DNA of 64,000 nucleotides from Chlamydiia bacterium (lineage in GTDB: Bacteria > Chlamydiota > Chlamydiia > Chlamydiales > 2-12-FULL-49-11). A model generated the notes under the pieces. That model ran no database searches, was not told the DNA's origin, and was given only the letters and a program-made list of their open reading frames with translations. Below, one piece after another: positions 53,938 to 63,831 of this stretch (positions are counted from its first letter, which is position 1; every line of letters begins with the position of its first letter). A program made the translations under genes and the position numbers. The stretch spans positions 85,535-149,534 of the forward strand of contig JAJACQ010000020.1 of the NCBI GenBank assembly GCA_022601435.1, read 5' to 3'.

Positions 53938-54576
53938 TTATTCTGGATTCGCTATTTGATTTTGAAGGATAGTAATTATTCGAAGCCATTTTGATAAGAG
54001 GCTATCTAAGTTATTGATTTTATGGTCATCATGTAGTGAAGTGAGCATATTAAGATAGGGGATAGGAAACCAGTCTTGATTTTTGTGAGCTTTTAAATAG
54101 TAGCCAAGCGCTTCTTGATCTTTACTCCCATAAGATTCGATTGAATAGATCATCTCATCAAGAGTGTCTATATATTGACAGGGAGGTTTAAGGTGTTGTC
54201 GTCTTTGATGTGCAAGGAGTATAAAGTTCCAGGTTTCTGAGAGTTTTTGTAAGAATATGGCATCTTTGGATTTATCTATAGAAGATAGGGATAGTAGTAG
54301 TGATTTAAGAAATGTTAAAAGTCCATATAGCTCTTTTTCACCAGCATTTAGATGTGATAAATCGAGCGTATCGGGGTTTTCGGTATTTGTTTGCAAAAAT
54401 CCTATTATAGCAGCATAGAGAAGTTTTTCAGATGAAAAATCTTTATCATTAAAACTTAACCATTTAGATGATCTTTCTTTATTTTTGTGAATTCTTCTGG
54501 CTTCGTGAGTTTTTAGATTTTCAGCGCTTGCTTGATCAAATTTCCGAATAGGGGTGTTTTTCGAGATATCGCTCAT
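53938..54576 (-). CDS. hypothetical protein
   Basis: 212-aa ORF, helical with no TM segments. No family recognised. Inserted between hisS and uhpC, which as far as I recall are adjacent in Chlamydiaceae. Confidence 0.5.
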   Translation of the reverse strand: MSDISKNTPIRKFDQASAENLKTHEARRIHKNKERSSKWLSFNDKDFSSEKLLYAAIIGFLQTNTENPDTLDLSHLNAGEKELYGLLTFLKSLLLSLSSIDKSKDAIFLQKLSETWNFILLAHQRRQHLKPPCQYIDTLDEMIYSIESYGSKDQEALGYYLKAHKNQDWFPIPYLNMLTSLHDDHKINNLDSLLSKWLRIITILQNQIANPE

Positions 54577-54717
54577 AATTTAAAGAAATAGGTAAATACC
54601 CTTCTCGTCAATGGAAAAAATTATTATTATTTTTACTTGATTTTGATTAGGGAAATTAGTTGACATTTTGCTCAAATAAGGATAAAATTTAACAGATTTT
54701 ATGTTCGAAAGGTCGTG

Positions 54718-56058
54718 ATGGCATTATTAGGTCGATTCAAAGTTTTTCAAAATGCTCCTGCAGCTGAGAGGATCACAGACAAAGCAAAAATTGATAAGGA
54801 CTACTCTTATTGGAGAATGAGAACATTCTATTCAATGTATTTTGGATATGCTTTTTTTTATTTAACTCGCAAGAGCTTTACATTCGCTATGCCTTTGATG
54901 ATAGATGAGTTAGGGTTTACAAAAACTGACTTAGGTATTTTAGGAAGTATTTTATATTTTACATATGGAATTTCAAAATTTTTTAGTGGGATTGTTAGTG
55001 ATCGATCAAATCCTCGGTATTTCATGGCTTTAGGTTTAATAGCTACAGGAATTTGGAATATCTGTTTTGGTTTTTCCTCTTCGCTTTTTTTCTTTGCCGT
55101 ATTCTGGGGGCTAAATGGTTGGTTTCAGGGCTGGGGTTGGCCACCATGTGCGCGTTTCTTAACTCATTGGTATGCAAAAAAAGAAAGAGGACGATGGTGG
55201 GGAATTTGGAGTACATCGCATAATTTAGGTGGTGCAGTTATTCCTGTAGTTGTTGGATTGATTGCGGCAAGTTTTGGATGGCGTATGGCTATGTATGTTC
55301 CTGGTGCTATTTGTATTTTGATGGGCTTTTGGTTAATGAATCGTCTCAGAGATACCCCGTCATCGTTGGGTCTTCCACCTATTGAAGAATATAAAGGTGA
55401 TGGTCTTACCGAACAAGATAAGATCACAGAAAAGCTATCAAAAAGGCAGCTTTTATTAGATGTTGTCTTAAGAAATAAGTATATTTGGATTTTAGGATGT
55501 GCCTATTTCTTTGTTTATATTATCAGAACGGCTGTTAATGATTGGGGGCAGCTCTATCTTTATCAAGAGAAGGGACTTTCGTATTTAAGTGCAGGTGTTT
55601 GTATTTTCACTTTTGAAGTGGGTGGATTTTTAGGGTGTCTTCTTTCAGGTTGGTTATCAGATACTGTTTTTGGTGGGAAACGAGGTCCTGTAAATGCTTT
55701 GTTTGCTTTAGGTGTTATTTTGGTTACAGCGATGTTGTGGTACACTCCATTAGGAGGGGTTTATTACGCTCATTCAATGATGTTTTTTATTGGTTTATTA
55801 ATTTTTGGGCCACAGATGTTGATTGGCATGGTAGCTGCAGAGCTTTCGCATAAAAAAGCAGCAGGTGCTGCAACAGGATTTGTGGGGTGGTTTGCTTATG
55901 CAGGAGCAGCAGCGGCTGGATATCCTTTTGGGAAGCTTGCTGAGGATTATGGTTGGAATACGTTCTTTATTTCATTGCTTGCTTGTGCTATGGTTGCTTT
56001 TTTATTACTTTCTTTAGTTTGGGCTCCTCAAAAAGAAACATCGCTTCCCGCAAAATAA
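54718..56058 (+). CDS. uhpC: MFS hexose-phosphate transporter/sensor UhpC
   Basis: 12-TM MFS protein of the organophosphate:Pi antiporter type (YWRMRTFYSMYFGYAFFYLTRKSF, SDRSNPRYF, NGWFQGWGWPPCAR). ATG 54718 is preferred over GTG 54715 because AAAGG lies 5 nt upstream. Confidence 0.85.
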   Translation: MALLGRFKVFQNAPAAERITDKAKIDKDYSYWRMRTFYSMYFGYAFFYLTRKSFTFAMPLMIDELGFTKTDLGILGSILYFTYGISKFFSGIVSDRSNPRYFMALGLIATGIWNICFGFSSSLFFFAVFWGLNGWFQGWGWPPCARFLTHWYAKKERGRWWGIWSTSHNLGGAVIPVVVGLIAASFGWRMAMYVPGAICILMGFWLMNRLRDTPSSLGLPPIEEYKGDGLTEQDKITEKLSKRQLLLDVVLRNKYIWILGCAYFFVYIIRTAVNDWGQLYLYQEKGLSYLSAGVCIFTFEVGGFLGCLLSGWLSDTVFGGKRGPVNALFALGVILVTAMLWYTPLGGVYYAHSMMFFIGLLIFGPQMLIGMVAAELSHKKAAGAATGFVGWFAYAGAAAAGYPFGKLAEDYGWNTFFISLLACAMVAFLLLSLVWAPQKETSLPAK

Positions 56059-56067
56059 GGAAAATGG

Positions 56068-59000
56068 ATGCAGTATACGCCTCTTTATTTACACTCTCAG
56101 TATTCCATTCTTGATTCAACGTTATCAATTAAGAATTTAGTAGCAAAGGCAAAAGAGTTAGAGCTTGAATCAATAGCTTTAACAGACTTTTGCAATCTTT
56201 ATGGTTGTGTTGAGTTTTATACTGAGTGTCTGAAGGTAGGTATTAAGCCAATCATTGGTTTAGAGGTTATGGTTGCTCCTTATTCACGTTTAGATAAAAA
56301 GCGTGTACCAGGAAGGTCTGCAGGGAATCCGATTGTGTTACTTGCTAAAAATCAGGATGGGTATAAAAATTTATGTAAGCTCTCATCGATTGCGCATGTT
56401 GAAGGATTTTATTATACGCCAAGGATTGATAAGCAGTTATTAATGGAGTATAGTGAAGGATTAATATGTTTGTCAGGACCTTTTTATGGCCCACTGGCAA
56501 CTATAATTCAAAAGGGTGATCAAAAAGAAATTGATGAAGAGATTTCTTTTTATAAGACTTTATTTAAAAATGATTTTTATTTACAAGTTTCGTTAAATCG
56601 GATGACGCATGAAAGACTTCAAAAATGCGGGGTGATTGATGAGTCTTGGGTTCTACAAAAAATGGAAAGTGGCTTTAAAGCGCAAGAAGAATTGGTAGAA
56701 AGTTATAAAAAGATTTCTAAGGAGCATGGAATTGAATTGGTTGTTGCTACAGATATTCGTTATGCTTCAAAAGATGATTATTTAGCGCACGAGGCGCAAA
56801 TGAATATTGCTTCTGGTGAGACAATTCAGATAATTGAACAAGCAGGTTATGGTCAAGCGCCTAATATATTTAAGAATCCAAAGCGAAAGATTGCAAGTAG
56901 TTATAATTTACATTTTCCTTCAAAAGAGGAGATTGCTGAGCGTTATAAGGATTTTCCTGAGGCAATTGAGAATACAAATAAAATCGCTAAGATGTGCGAT
57001 GTGACTATTGATTTTGATACAAAGCATTATCCTGTTTATACACCGAAGCATTTAGAAGGGAAAAAAGTTTCTGCAAAGAAGCGATTGGAAGAAGCAAATG
57101 CTTTTTTAAAGAAGCTTTGTGAAGATGGAATTGAAAAACGTTATGGAGAAGAAGAGCTTGCAAGAGTGCGTTCTAAGCATCCAGGTGAAGATATAACAAA
57201 AGTTATCAAGGACCGCCTTGCTTATGAGCTTGAGATTATTATATCAAAAGGTATGGGTGATTATCTTTTAATCGTCTATGACTTTATTCACTGGGCAAAG
57301 CAAAATAAGATACCAGTAGGTCCAGGAAGGGGATCAGGAGCGGGTTCTATCATTTTGTATTTGATAGGAATTACTGATATTGAGCCGTTAGGATTTAGTT
57401 TGTTCTTTGAAAGATTTATTAATCCAGAGCGTATTTCTTATCCTGATATTGACGTTGACATCTGTATGGAGCGAAGATCTGAAGTGATTCGCTATACAAT
57501 TGAAAAATATGGCACTGATAAGGTTGCTCAAATTATAACGTTTGGCACGATGAAAGCTAAGATGGCGATTAAGGATGTAGGCCGTGTTTTAAATGTACCT
57601 CTTTCAAAAGTCAATATGCTTGCAAAATTAATTCCTGAAGAGATTGGTTCAACTATTGATGGAGCACTGCAGATTGATCCTGAGCTTAAGCGGATATACT
57701 CTGAAGAAAAAGAAGTAAAGACGTTAATAGATCTAGCAAGAAAGTTAGAGGGAAGTGTTAGAAATACAGGTGTTCATGCAGCAGGTGTGATTATTGCTGA
57801 GCAGCCATTAACGGATTTAATTCCTGTTTGTAATGCAAAAGATACAGATTTATTAGTGACGCAATTTTCAATGAAACCAGTAGAAAAAGTCGGGATGTTG
57901 AAGATTGACTTTTTAGGCCTTAAGACTCTGACCTCAATTCAAAAGACTGTTGATGCAATTGCGCTTCACAAAGGAATAGAAATTGATTGGGTGAATCTTT
58001 CTTTAAATGATACAAAGACTTTTGAATTATTGAATCAAGGAAAGACAGCAGGTATTTTTCAGCTAGAGTCAGGTGGGATGCAGGACTTGGTAAGGCAGTT
58101 ACATGTTGATCATTTTGAAGAGATCATAGCGGTAGGCGCTTTATATCGTCCTGGCCCAATGGAGATGATTCCATCATTTATTAGCAGAAAGCATGGTAAG
58201 GAAAAGATTGAGTATGATCATGAAGGTCTTGTAGATATCTTGAAAGAAACTAATGGGATTATGATTTACCAAGAGCAGGTGATGCAGATTGCGTCATTGC
58301 TTGCTGGATACACGCTGGCAGAAGGTGATGTGCTTAGAAAGGCGATGGGTAAGAAAGACCATGACGAGATGCAGAAGCAAAAAGAGAAATTTCGTTTAGG
58401 TGCTAAAGAAAAAGGTGTAGATGAAGCTCAAGCTATTGCGATATTTGAAAAAGTTGAAAAATTTGCGTCTTATGGCTTTAACAAATCTCATGCAACAGCC
58501 TATGGGTATATAAGTTATGTAACTGCTTATTTGAAGGCTAATTATCCTTATGAATGGATGGCTGGGCTAATGACTTCTGATATGCAGGATATATCAAAAG
58601 TATCAAAGCATATTGCAGAAGCAACAAATTTAGGGATTGATATATTACCTCCAGATATCAATGAGTCTTATCCTTATTTTGTAGCAACTGATCAAGGTGT
58701 AAGATTTGCTCTTTCTGCAATTAAAGGTGTAGGCGAAGGTGTTGTTTTAGAAATTTCTGAAGAAAGGCGCAAGAATAAAAGCTTTGCTTCGTTAGAAGAT
58801 TTTTTAACTCGTGTTGATTTTTCTTCTGTAGGAAAAAAGATGGTAGAAAACTTGATACTATCTGGTTGTTTTGATTTTACAGGATGGAAGCGTAAGTCGC
58901 TCTTTACTTACTTACAAGAAAATTTTGATCGTATAGCAAAGTCAAAAAAAGAAAAGCAGAAAGGTATTATGGACTTTTTTGCAGATGATAGCTCTGAAAC

Positions 59001-59769
59001 AGAAAACAAAAATTTCAATAGTGATGAAGAGTTTGAAGACTTAGAAAAACTTAAATATGAAAAAGAACTTTTAGGGTTTTATGTCACAGGGCATCCTTTG
59101 GGAAGTTATAAAGAGGCAGTTGATAAATTAAAATGTAAGAATTTTGAAGCGGCAATGGAAGGAGAAAATGCTGAGGTATTTAAGATTCCTTTTGTGATGG
59201 ATTCTGTGAGTGTTCGAGTGTCTCAAAGAACAAAGAAGAAGTTTGCCATTTGTATTGCCAGTGATGATGATCATCGCATGGATTTACCTGTTTGGCCTGA
59301 TTTATATGAGAGGATAGCTTCTGATTTAGAAGAAAATGCGTTATATATTGGTATAGTAGCAGTGGATAAGCGTGATGGGAATGTAAGGCTTTCGTGTAAA
59401 GATCTATTTAAGCTAGAAGACATTGAAGAAAAAACAAAAGAGATCGAAACAGCATACAAAAAAGCGTCAAGAATGAGTAAAAAGAAAGCAGATTTAGAAG
59501 TAAAAGAGCAAAAACAAATGATTCCTATCAAGATCCATGTTGATTTAGATAAGATTACGATGAAAGGCGTCACATCTTTACGTGATGGCATTAAACAATC
59601 CCCAGGTAATCGACCTGTGGAGATTATATTTATCTCAAAAGAAGTTAAAAAGGCAAAGATCTATATTGAAGAGACTAAAGGAATTGATCCCTCAGAAGAG
59701 ATGAAGAAAAAATTAAAACAATTACAGGCAGTACTTGACATTATAGAAGAACAGGAGGTATCATCTTAA
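56068..59769 (+). CDS. dnaE: DNA polymerase III alpha subunit
   Basis: 1233 aa. PHP domain start (LHSQYSILDS), polymerase core (GPGRGSGAGSIILY, PDIDVD, LKIDFLGLKTL, YRPGPM, FNKSHA) and a C-terminal OB fold. Confidence 0.95.
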   Translation: MQYTPLYLHSQYSILDSTLSIKNLVAKAKELELESIALTDFCNLYGCVEFYTECLKVGIKPIIGLEVMVAPYSRLDKKRVPGRSAGNPIVLLAKNQDGYKNLCKLSSIAHVEGFYYTPRIDKQLLMEYSEGLICLSGPFYGPLATIIQKGDQKEIDEEISFYKTLFKNDFYLQVSLNRMTHERLQKCGVIDESWVLQKMESGFKAQEELVESYKKISKEHGIELVVATDIRYASKDDYLAHEAQMNIASGETIQIIEQAGYGQAPNIFKNPKRKIASSYNLHFPSKEEIAERYKDFPEAIENTNKIAKMCDVTIDFDTKHYPVYTPKHLEGKKVSAKKRLEEANAFLKKLCEDGIEKRYGEEELARVRSKHPGEDITKVIKDRLAYELEIIISKGMGDYLLIVYDFIHWAKQNKIPVGPGRGSGAGSIILYLIGITDIEPLGFSLFFERFINPERISYPDIDVDICMERRSEVIRYTIEKYGTDKVAQIITFGTMKAKMAIKDVGRVLNVPLSKVNMLAKLIPEEIGSTIDGALQIDPELKRIYSEEKEVKTLIDLARKLEGSVRNTGVHAAGVIIAEQPLTDLIPVCNAKDTDLLVTQFSMKPVEKVGMLKIDFLGLKTLTSIQKTVDAIALHKGIEIDWVNLSLNDTKTFELLNQGKTAGIFQLESGGMQDLVRQLHVDHFEEIIAVGALYRPGPMEMIPSFISRKHGKEKIEYDHEGLVDILKETNGIMIYQEQVMQIASLLAGYTLAEGDVLRKAMGKKDHDEMQKQKEKFRLGAKEKGVDEAQAIAIFEKVEKFASYGFNKSHATAYGYISYVTAYLKANYPYEWMAGLMTSDMQDISKVSKHIAEATNLGIDILPPDINESYPYFVATDQGVRFALSAIKGVGEGVVLEISEERRKNKSFASLEDFLTRVDFSSVGKKMVENLILSGCFDFTGWKRKSLFTYLQENFDRIAKSKKEKQKGIMDFFADDSSETENKNFNSDEEFEDLEKLKYEKELLGFYVTGHPLGSYKEAVDKLKCKNFEAAMEGENAEVFKIPFVMDSVSVRVSQRTKKKFAICIASDDDHRMDLPVWPDLYERIASDLEENALYIGIVAVDKRDGNVRLSCKDLFKLEDIEEKTKEIETAYKKASRMSKKKADLEVKEQKQMIPIKIHVDLDKITMKGVTSLRDGIKQSPGNRPVEIIFISKEVKKAKIYIEETKGIDPSEEMKKKLKQLQAVLDIIEEQEVSS

Positions 59770-59773
59770 GCTT

Positions 59774-60697
59774 ATGAAAAAATATTTATTACCATTTATA
59801 ATTGTCTCATCTCTGATCTTTGGTTCAGAAGAAGAGCAATTTTCAGATCTGAAAACTGAATTTCACAATAAAGAGTGGAGTAAAGTAGTTTCTCACTCTC
59901 AAGAGATGATTAAAAAATACCCAGAGTCAGTTTTTTCTAAAGAGATAAACTTCTTTAGAGCTGTTGCATATTATCATATTGATGATCCAGATTTGGCAAA
60001 TCAATATTTGACAGCTTTCTTAGAGATGGGTGGCAGTACACGTTATTTTGAAGATGCTTTAAAGTATAAGTACTTTATCGCTGAAAAGTTTGAAAATGGT
60101 TATTACGGTCATTTATTTGGAGTGTCTGCGCTCCCTAGATTTGAGTCTATGTGGGAGTCTGCTTATCAATTGTATGATGAAGTTATTGTTTCAATTCCAA
60201 GAAGTGATTTGGCTGCAAAAGCTTTGTTTAGAAAATCTGCTATGTATTTATTAGATGAGCAATTTGAAGAAAGTATTGAATCATTGAATAATCTAATTAG
60301 ACGTTTTCCAAGAAATCCTCTTGCTCAAGAGGCTTATGTTAACATTGCAAAAGTTTATAGAAAGCAAATTAAGGTTCTTTATTTAGATCCGAGATGTTAT
60401 GAGCTTGCTTTATTGAATAAGAAGCGTTTTGATATGGAGTATCCATCTTCTCCTTTAAAGATTGAGATGGAAGAAGTTGTAGCGGATATCGTTGATTATT
60501 TTGCTGAAGATATATATAAAAGTGCTATTTATTTTGATAAGAGAAATAATTCAGAGTCTTCCATTATGTATTTAAGATCATTAGTACAAAAATATCCAAC
60601 GTCTAAGTATGCTATATATGCAACACAAAAAATTGCGGCTTATGAGTTGAGCTTGGATAAAAAAAAAGTGAATGAAATAGCTGATATTGTGAATTAG
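59774..60697 (+). CDS. TPR/helical-repeat outer-membrane assembly lipoprotein-like protein (BamD/YfiO-like, tentative)
   Basis: 307 aa with a signal peptide. The repeat pattern (ESVFSKEINFFRAVAYYHIDD, AAKALFRKSAMYLLDEQFEESI, NPLAQEAYVNIAKVYRK, YPTSKYAIYATQKI) resembles BamD. Starts 4 nt after dnaE. Confidence 0.45.
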   Translation: MKKYLLPFIIVSSLIFGSEEEQFSDLKTEFHNKEWSKVVSHSQEMIKKYPESVFSKEINFFRAVAYYHIDDPDLANQYLTAFLEMGGSTRYFEDALKYKYFIAEKFENGYYGHLFGVSALPRFESMWESAYQLYDEVIVSIPRSDLAAKALFRKSAMYLLDEQFEESIESLNNLIRRFPRNPLAQEAYVNIAKVYRKQIKVLYLDPRCYELALLNKKRFDMEYPSSPLKIEMEEVVADIVDYFAEDIYKSAIYFDKRNNSESSIMYLRSLVQKYPTSKYAIYATQKIAAYELSLDKKKVNEIADIVN

Positions 60698-60704
60698 GAT
60701 TTAT

Positions 60705-61313
60705 ATGAAACGGTATTTGACTTTTATAGCTATGTCTCTTTTGATGGTTTCTTGTAATTATAAGTCTTCATCTTTATGTCTAAATGGGCAGGATGTTATT
60801 GAGACTAGTATTCCTGTTATCAAGAAAGATCCTAATGGCTATTTAAGAAATTATCTTGCAAGAGAGATGTCATATTCTAATTCGTTATATTACAAGGATC
60901 GAAGAGCAAAATATAATTTATTAGTTTCTATTACAGAAGATAGAAATTCAAAGATTACTTTCATGTGGGATAGAGATCCTGTCACTGGTAGAGACTTAAA
61001 AGTCTTTTATCCTTCTGAAGGAATGCGAGAGGTTGTTGCAAAGGTTGAATTGGTTGATGCAGCCACCGGCGAAAAGGTTATTGAGCCTTTTTTCTTAAAT
61101 GAATCTGTCGATTATGATTTTGTTAACCCAACTGTTAGATCTGCTGTTGAATTTCCTTCGACAACAGGGACGCAAAGTGTTTTGCAATTTTCATTAGGGC
61201 AGCTAGATTCAGAGGAAGGTGCTCAGGACGCGTCATATAACCCTGTGTATGAAAAGCTTGCGAAAAAGATAGTGACTCGTCTTGCAAGAACAAGATTTAA
61301 TAAGCAAACTTAA
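60705..61313 (+). CDS. lipoprotein (LptE-like size and layout, tentative)
   Basis: Lipobox LLMVSC, 202 aa. Placing it in the LptE family is a guess from length and position next to a BamD-like gene. Confidence 0.5.
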   Translation: MKRYLTFIAMSLLMVSCNYKSSSLCLNGQDVIETSIPVIKKDPNGYLRNYLAREMSYSNSLYYKDRRAKYNLLVSITEDRNSKITFMWDRDPVTGRDLKVFYPSEGMREVVAKVELVDAATGEKVIEPFFLNESVDYDFVNPTVRSAVEFPSTTGTQSVLQFSLGQLDSEEGAQDASYNPVYEKLAKKIVTRLARTRFNKQT

Positions 61314-61328
61314 AAAAGTGAAATAGTT

Positions 61329-61748
61329 ATGGAATCCAGAGATTTTTCAGCTACATTATCAGAACTTGACCATATCATGAGCTATTTAAGATCAGAAATG
61401 ACAAAAAGTGGTCTTGTTGAAAAATTTGCTAAGCAATTTGAGGTTGCTTTAGAAGAAGCTGTGGTTAATATCATAAATTATGCTTATGCAAAACCATCAG
61501 GTATAATAAAGTTAAATACCAAGTTTGATTCTGATTCGGGCTCTATGGAAGTAATCATTCGTGATAAAGGCAAGCCTTTTAACCCTCTACTTCATGAGTG
61601 TCCTAATGTTCCTCCAAAAGATTTAGAGACTCAGAAAATTGGGGGATTAGGCATCCATATCATCAAAAAAATGGTCGATTCTGTTCGTTATGAGTTTGTT
61701 GATGGTACAAATGTCCTACATCTTACCAAAAAAATCAATGTATCGTAA
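61329..61748 (+). CDS. rsbW: anti-sigma-factor serine kinase RsbW (HATPase_c)
   Basis: 139 aa with N box (EEAVVNIINYAY), G1 (RDKGKPFNP) and G2 (GGLGIHIIKKM). Same position relative to dnaE and dacF as rsbW in Chlamydia trachomatis. Confidence 0.8.
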   Translation: MESRDFSATLSELDHIMSYLRSEMTKSGLVEKFAKQFEVALEEAVVNIINYAYAKPSGIIKLNTKFDSDSGSMEVIIRDKGKPFNPLLHECPNVPPKDLETQKIGGLGIHIIKKMVDSVRYEFVDGTNVLHLTKKINVS

Positions 61749-61910
61749 AAATTCCTAAAAGGCTCTGAGTAAAATCTCATCCAAAATACAGACAAATTTT
61801 GATGCTGTGCAACGAATAATAAAAAGTAAATAATTCTAATATTAAAATTATCGAATTTAATTATGATGTTTTCAGTAGTTACCTTTGCTGAAATCTAGAT
61901 GTTTTTTATT

Positions 61911-61987
61911 TTTTGCGATGCAAAAAATCATATATGGGTTTAGAAAGGGTCTTTGACCCTTCTCAGGGTTTGGGACAGAGTCCCATG
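61911..61987. repeat. solo family B hairpin module, same orientation as the 22967-23650 array
   Basis: TTTTGCG-ATGCAAAA, then TCATATATGGGTTT, then AAGGGTC-TTT-GACCCTT, then TGGGAC-AGA-GTCCCA. Collinear with TTTTGCAATGCAAAAAAATCAAGCATGGGT..AAGGGCGTAGCCCTT..TATGGGACAACGTCCCATA of the array. Confidence 0.8.
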
Positions 61988-61992
61988 AACAG

Positions 61993-62424
61993 TTAGCCTT
62001 CGAGGAAGCTGGAGATTTCTTCTTCTGTGTCGATGACTTCGGTGAGGAAGTGGCGAAGAGTCTTTAAAACGTACTTCGGTGTGTTATAAACACCGCTTGT
62101 TTTATAGACGATCTCAAGTTTAAGATCTTCTTCTTTGATGAGAGCAATCATAACTGTTGTGGAAGGGATGTCATCTATTACATCTGGAACAATCCAAACG
62201 ATGAATTGATTATTAAAGAGAGTTACTTTGCTGTTATTTTCTAAAACATGGAAATAGAATGGGAATTGATCTTGCAATAGTTTCTCTTCATCTTCTGTTT
62301 GATTGAGAAGACCCCAATCCTTAAGCATCTCAAGATCAACATCAATCACACCATCATGAACCCAATATGATGGGTCATCAAGAAATTGGTGAAAATATTC
62401 TTCAAGTTTTTCTGGTTTAATCAT
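61993..62424 (-). CDS. hypothetical small acidic protein
   Basis: 143 aa, rich in Asp/Glu, with no TM segment or signal peptide. No family recognised. Confidence 0.55.
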   Translation of the reverse strand: MIKPEKLEEYFHQFLDDPSYWVHDGVIDVDLEMLKDWGLLNQTEDEEKLLQDQFPFYFHVLENNSKVTLFNNQFIVWIVPDVIDDIPSTTVMIALIKEEDLKLEIVYKTSGVYNTPKYVLKTLRHFLTEVIDTEEEISSFLEG

Positions 62425-62520
62425 AGAAATCAGAACCCCGGTTTAAATCTCTAAATAGTCATCATAGGATTTTATTGATACTTTTTTTTTTTAATTTTTT
62501 CATTTTTTTTTGATCGATCA

Positions 62521-62550
62521 TTGTATTTATTGGTTTTACTCGTATAGAAT
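62521..62550 (+). promoter_or_regulatory. candidate promoter of dacF-like gene
   Basis: TTGTAT (62521-62526), an 18-nt spacer, then TAGAAT (62545-62550). ATG 62557 lies only 6 nt downstream and has no SD, suggesting a leaderless start. Confidence 0.3.
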
Positions 62551-62556
62551 AAATAT

Positions 62557-63831
62557 ATGAGGTTAAAACATTTTATTTTTCTATTTCCTTTTTTTCTTTT
62601 TGGAAATATTTCTGTTATCACAAATTCTACAAATCTTTGTGTAATGAATGCCGAAACTGGCAATGTTATTTATCAAAAGAACATGCACCAGAAGATTTAT
62701 CCTGGAAGTGTTACAAAGGTAGCTACCGCTCTTTATTTAATTGAAGAGTGCGAAATTGATGAAGAGTATGTGGTTACTTGTATGAAGGAACCATTAGTTG
62801 TCACAACTGAACAAAAGAAGGTGGAGAGTAATTTTACTTTACCCGGCCATATTTTAGAAAATGATGGTGTAACTATTTACTTAAAGAATCAAGAGAGGTT
62901 AAAGTTAAAGGATCTATTTTATGCTATGATGATAAAATCCGCTAATGACGCTTCAAATGTCATTGCTTCTGTCTATGATAAAACCATTCCAGACTTTATG
63001 TTTAAGGTAAATAAGTTCTTGCGGCAGCTTGGCTGTAGAGACACTCACTTTGTTAATCCTCATGGATTGCATCATCCTGATCATGTCACCACACCTTATG
63101 ATCTGGCTATTATTATGAAGAAAGCATCTTCTCACCCATACCTTAAAAAACTTATGTCCACTACGGACTATCTGATTCCAAAAACAAACTTATCATCTGC
63201 ACGGGAAATTAAGACCTTTAATAAACTAATGCGTAAAGAAAGTAGGTATTATACTCCTTCTGTAACTGGAGTAAAGACAGGATATCATCATAGAGCAAGG
63301 TATAATATAGCTTTGGCTGCTGAAAAAGACGGTAGAGCAATAATTGTAGCAATCAATAAATCACAGAGTTCTAAAACACTTTATGATGACTGTAGAAAAC
63401 TTCTTGATGCTGTTTTTGATGAGAAGCCTAAAGAAAGGCTGTTATTTAATGCCAAGGAATCCAAGTTTCATCATGAGTATGAATGGGGCAATCAAAAGCT
63501 TACTGCTAGTTTAAAAGAAAATTGCTTACTTTCATACTACCCATCTGAAGAAGAGCCTGTAGATGTAAAACTTCATTGGATAGAGAAAGACTCACCTATC
63601 AAAGCAGGTGATGTGGTGGCTACCATAGATATTTATAATCAAGCTGGCGCACCTTTGATGCAACAGGCTGTTTATGCAGAAAACTCAGTAGGGGTTAGAT
63701 TTGGAAAGAAAGTAGCATTTGTTGTAAATACTATCATTAGATTTACAGCGTCTTATCCTCTTTCATCTATTGCGTTTATTCTATTGATTGGTCTTTTTAT
63801 TAGATCAAGAAGACGCAAGAAGATCGTATAA
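62557..63831 (+). CDS. dacF: D-alanyl-D-alanine carboxypeptidase (S11, PBP5/6-type, DacF-like)
   Basis: Signal peptide, SVTK (SxxK), SAND (SxN), KTGY (KTG) and a C-terminal membrane anchor (IAFILLIGLFI). Confidence 0.85.
   Translation: MRLKHFIFLFPFFLFGNISVITNSTNLCVMNAETGNVIYQKNMHQKIYPGSVTKVATALYLIEECEIDEEYVVTCMKEPLVVTTEQKKVESNFTLPGHILENDGVTIYLKNQERLKLKDLFYAMMIKSANDASNVIASVYDKTIPDFMFKVNKFLRQLGCRDTHFVNPHGLHHPDHVTTPYDLAIIMKKASSHPYLKKLMSTTDYLIPKTNLSSAREIKTFNKLMRKESRYYTPSVTGVKTGYHHRARYNIALAAEKDGRAIIVAINKSQSSKTLYDDCRKLLDAVFDEKPKERLLFNAKESKFHHEYEWGNQKLTASLKENCLLSYYPSEEEPVDVKLHWIEKDSPIKAGDVVATIDIYNQAGAPLMQQAVYAENSVGVRFGKKVAFVVNTIIRFTASYPLSSIAFILLIGLFIRSRRRKKIV

Noticed and set aside
62472-62663. ORF 62472-62663 (-), Lys-rich and upstream of or overlapping the dacF start. 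ORF 53759-53989 (-), overlapping the hisS start, is a similar case.
   Set aside because: Both are translations of poly-A/T promoter DNA or of the opposite frame of a gene start. They are incompatible with the well-supported neighbouring CDS.
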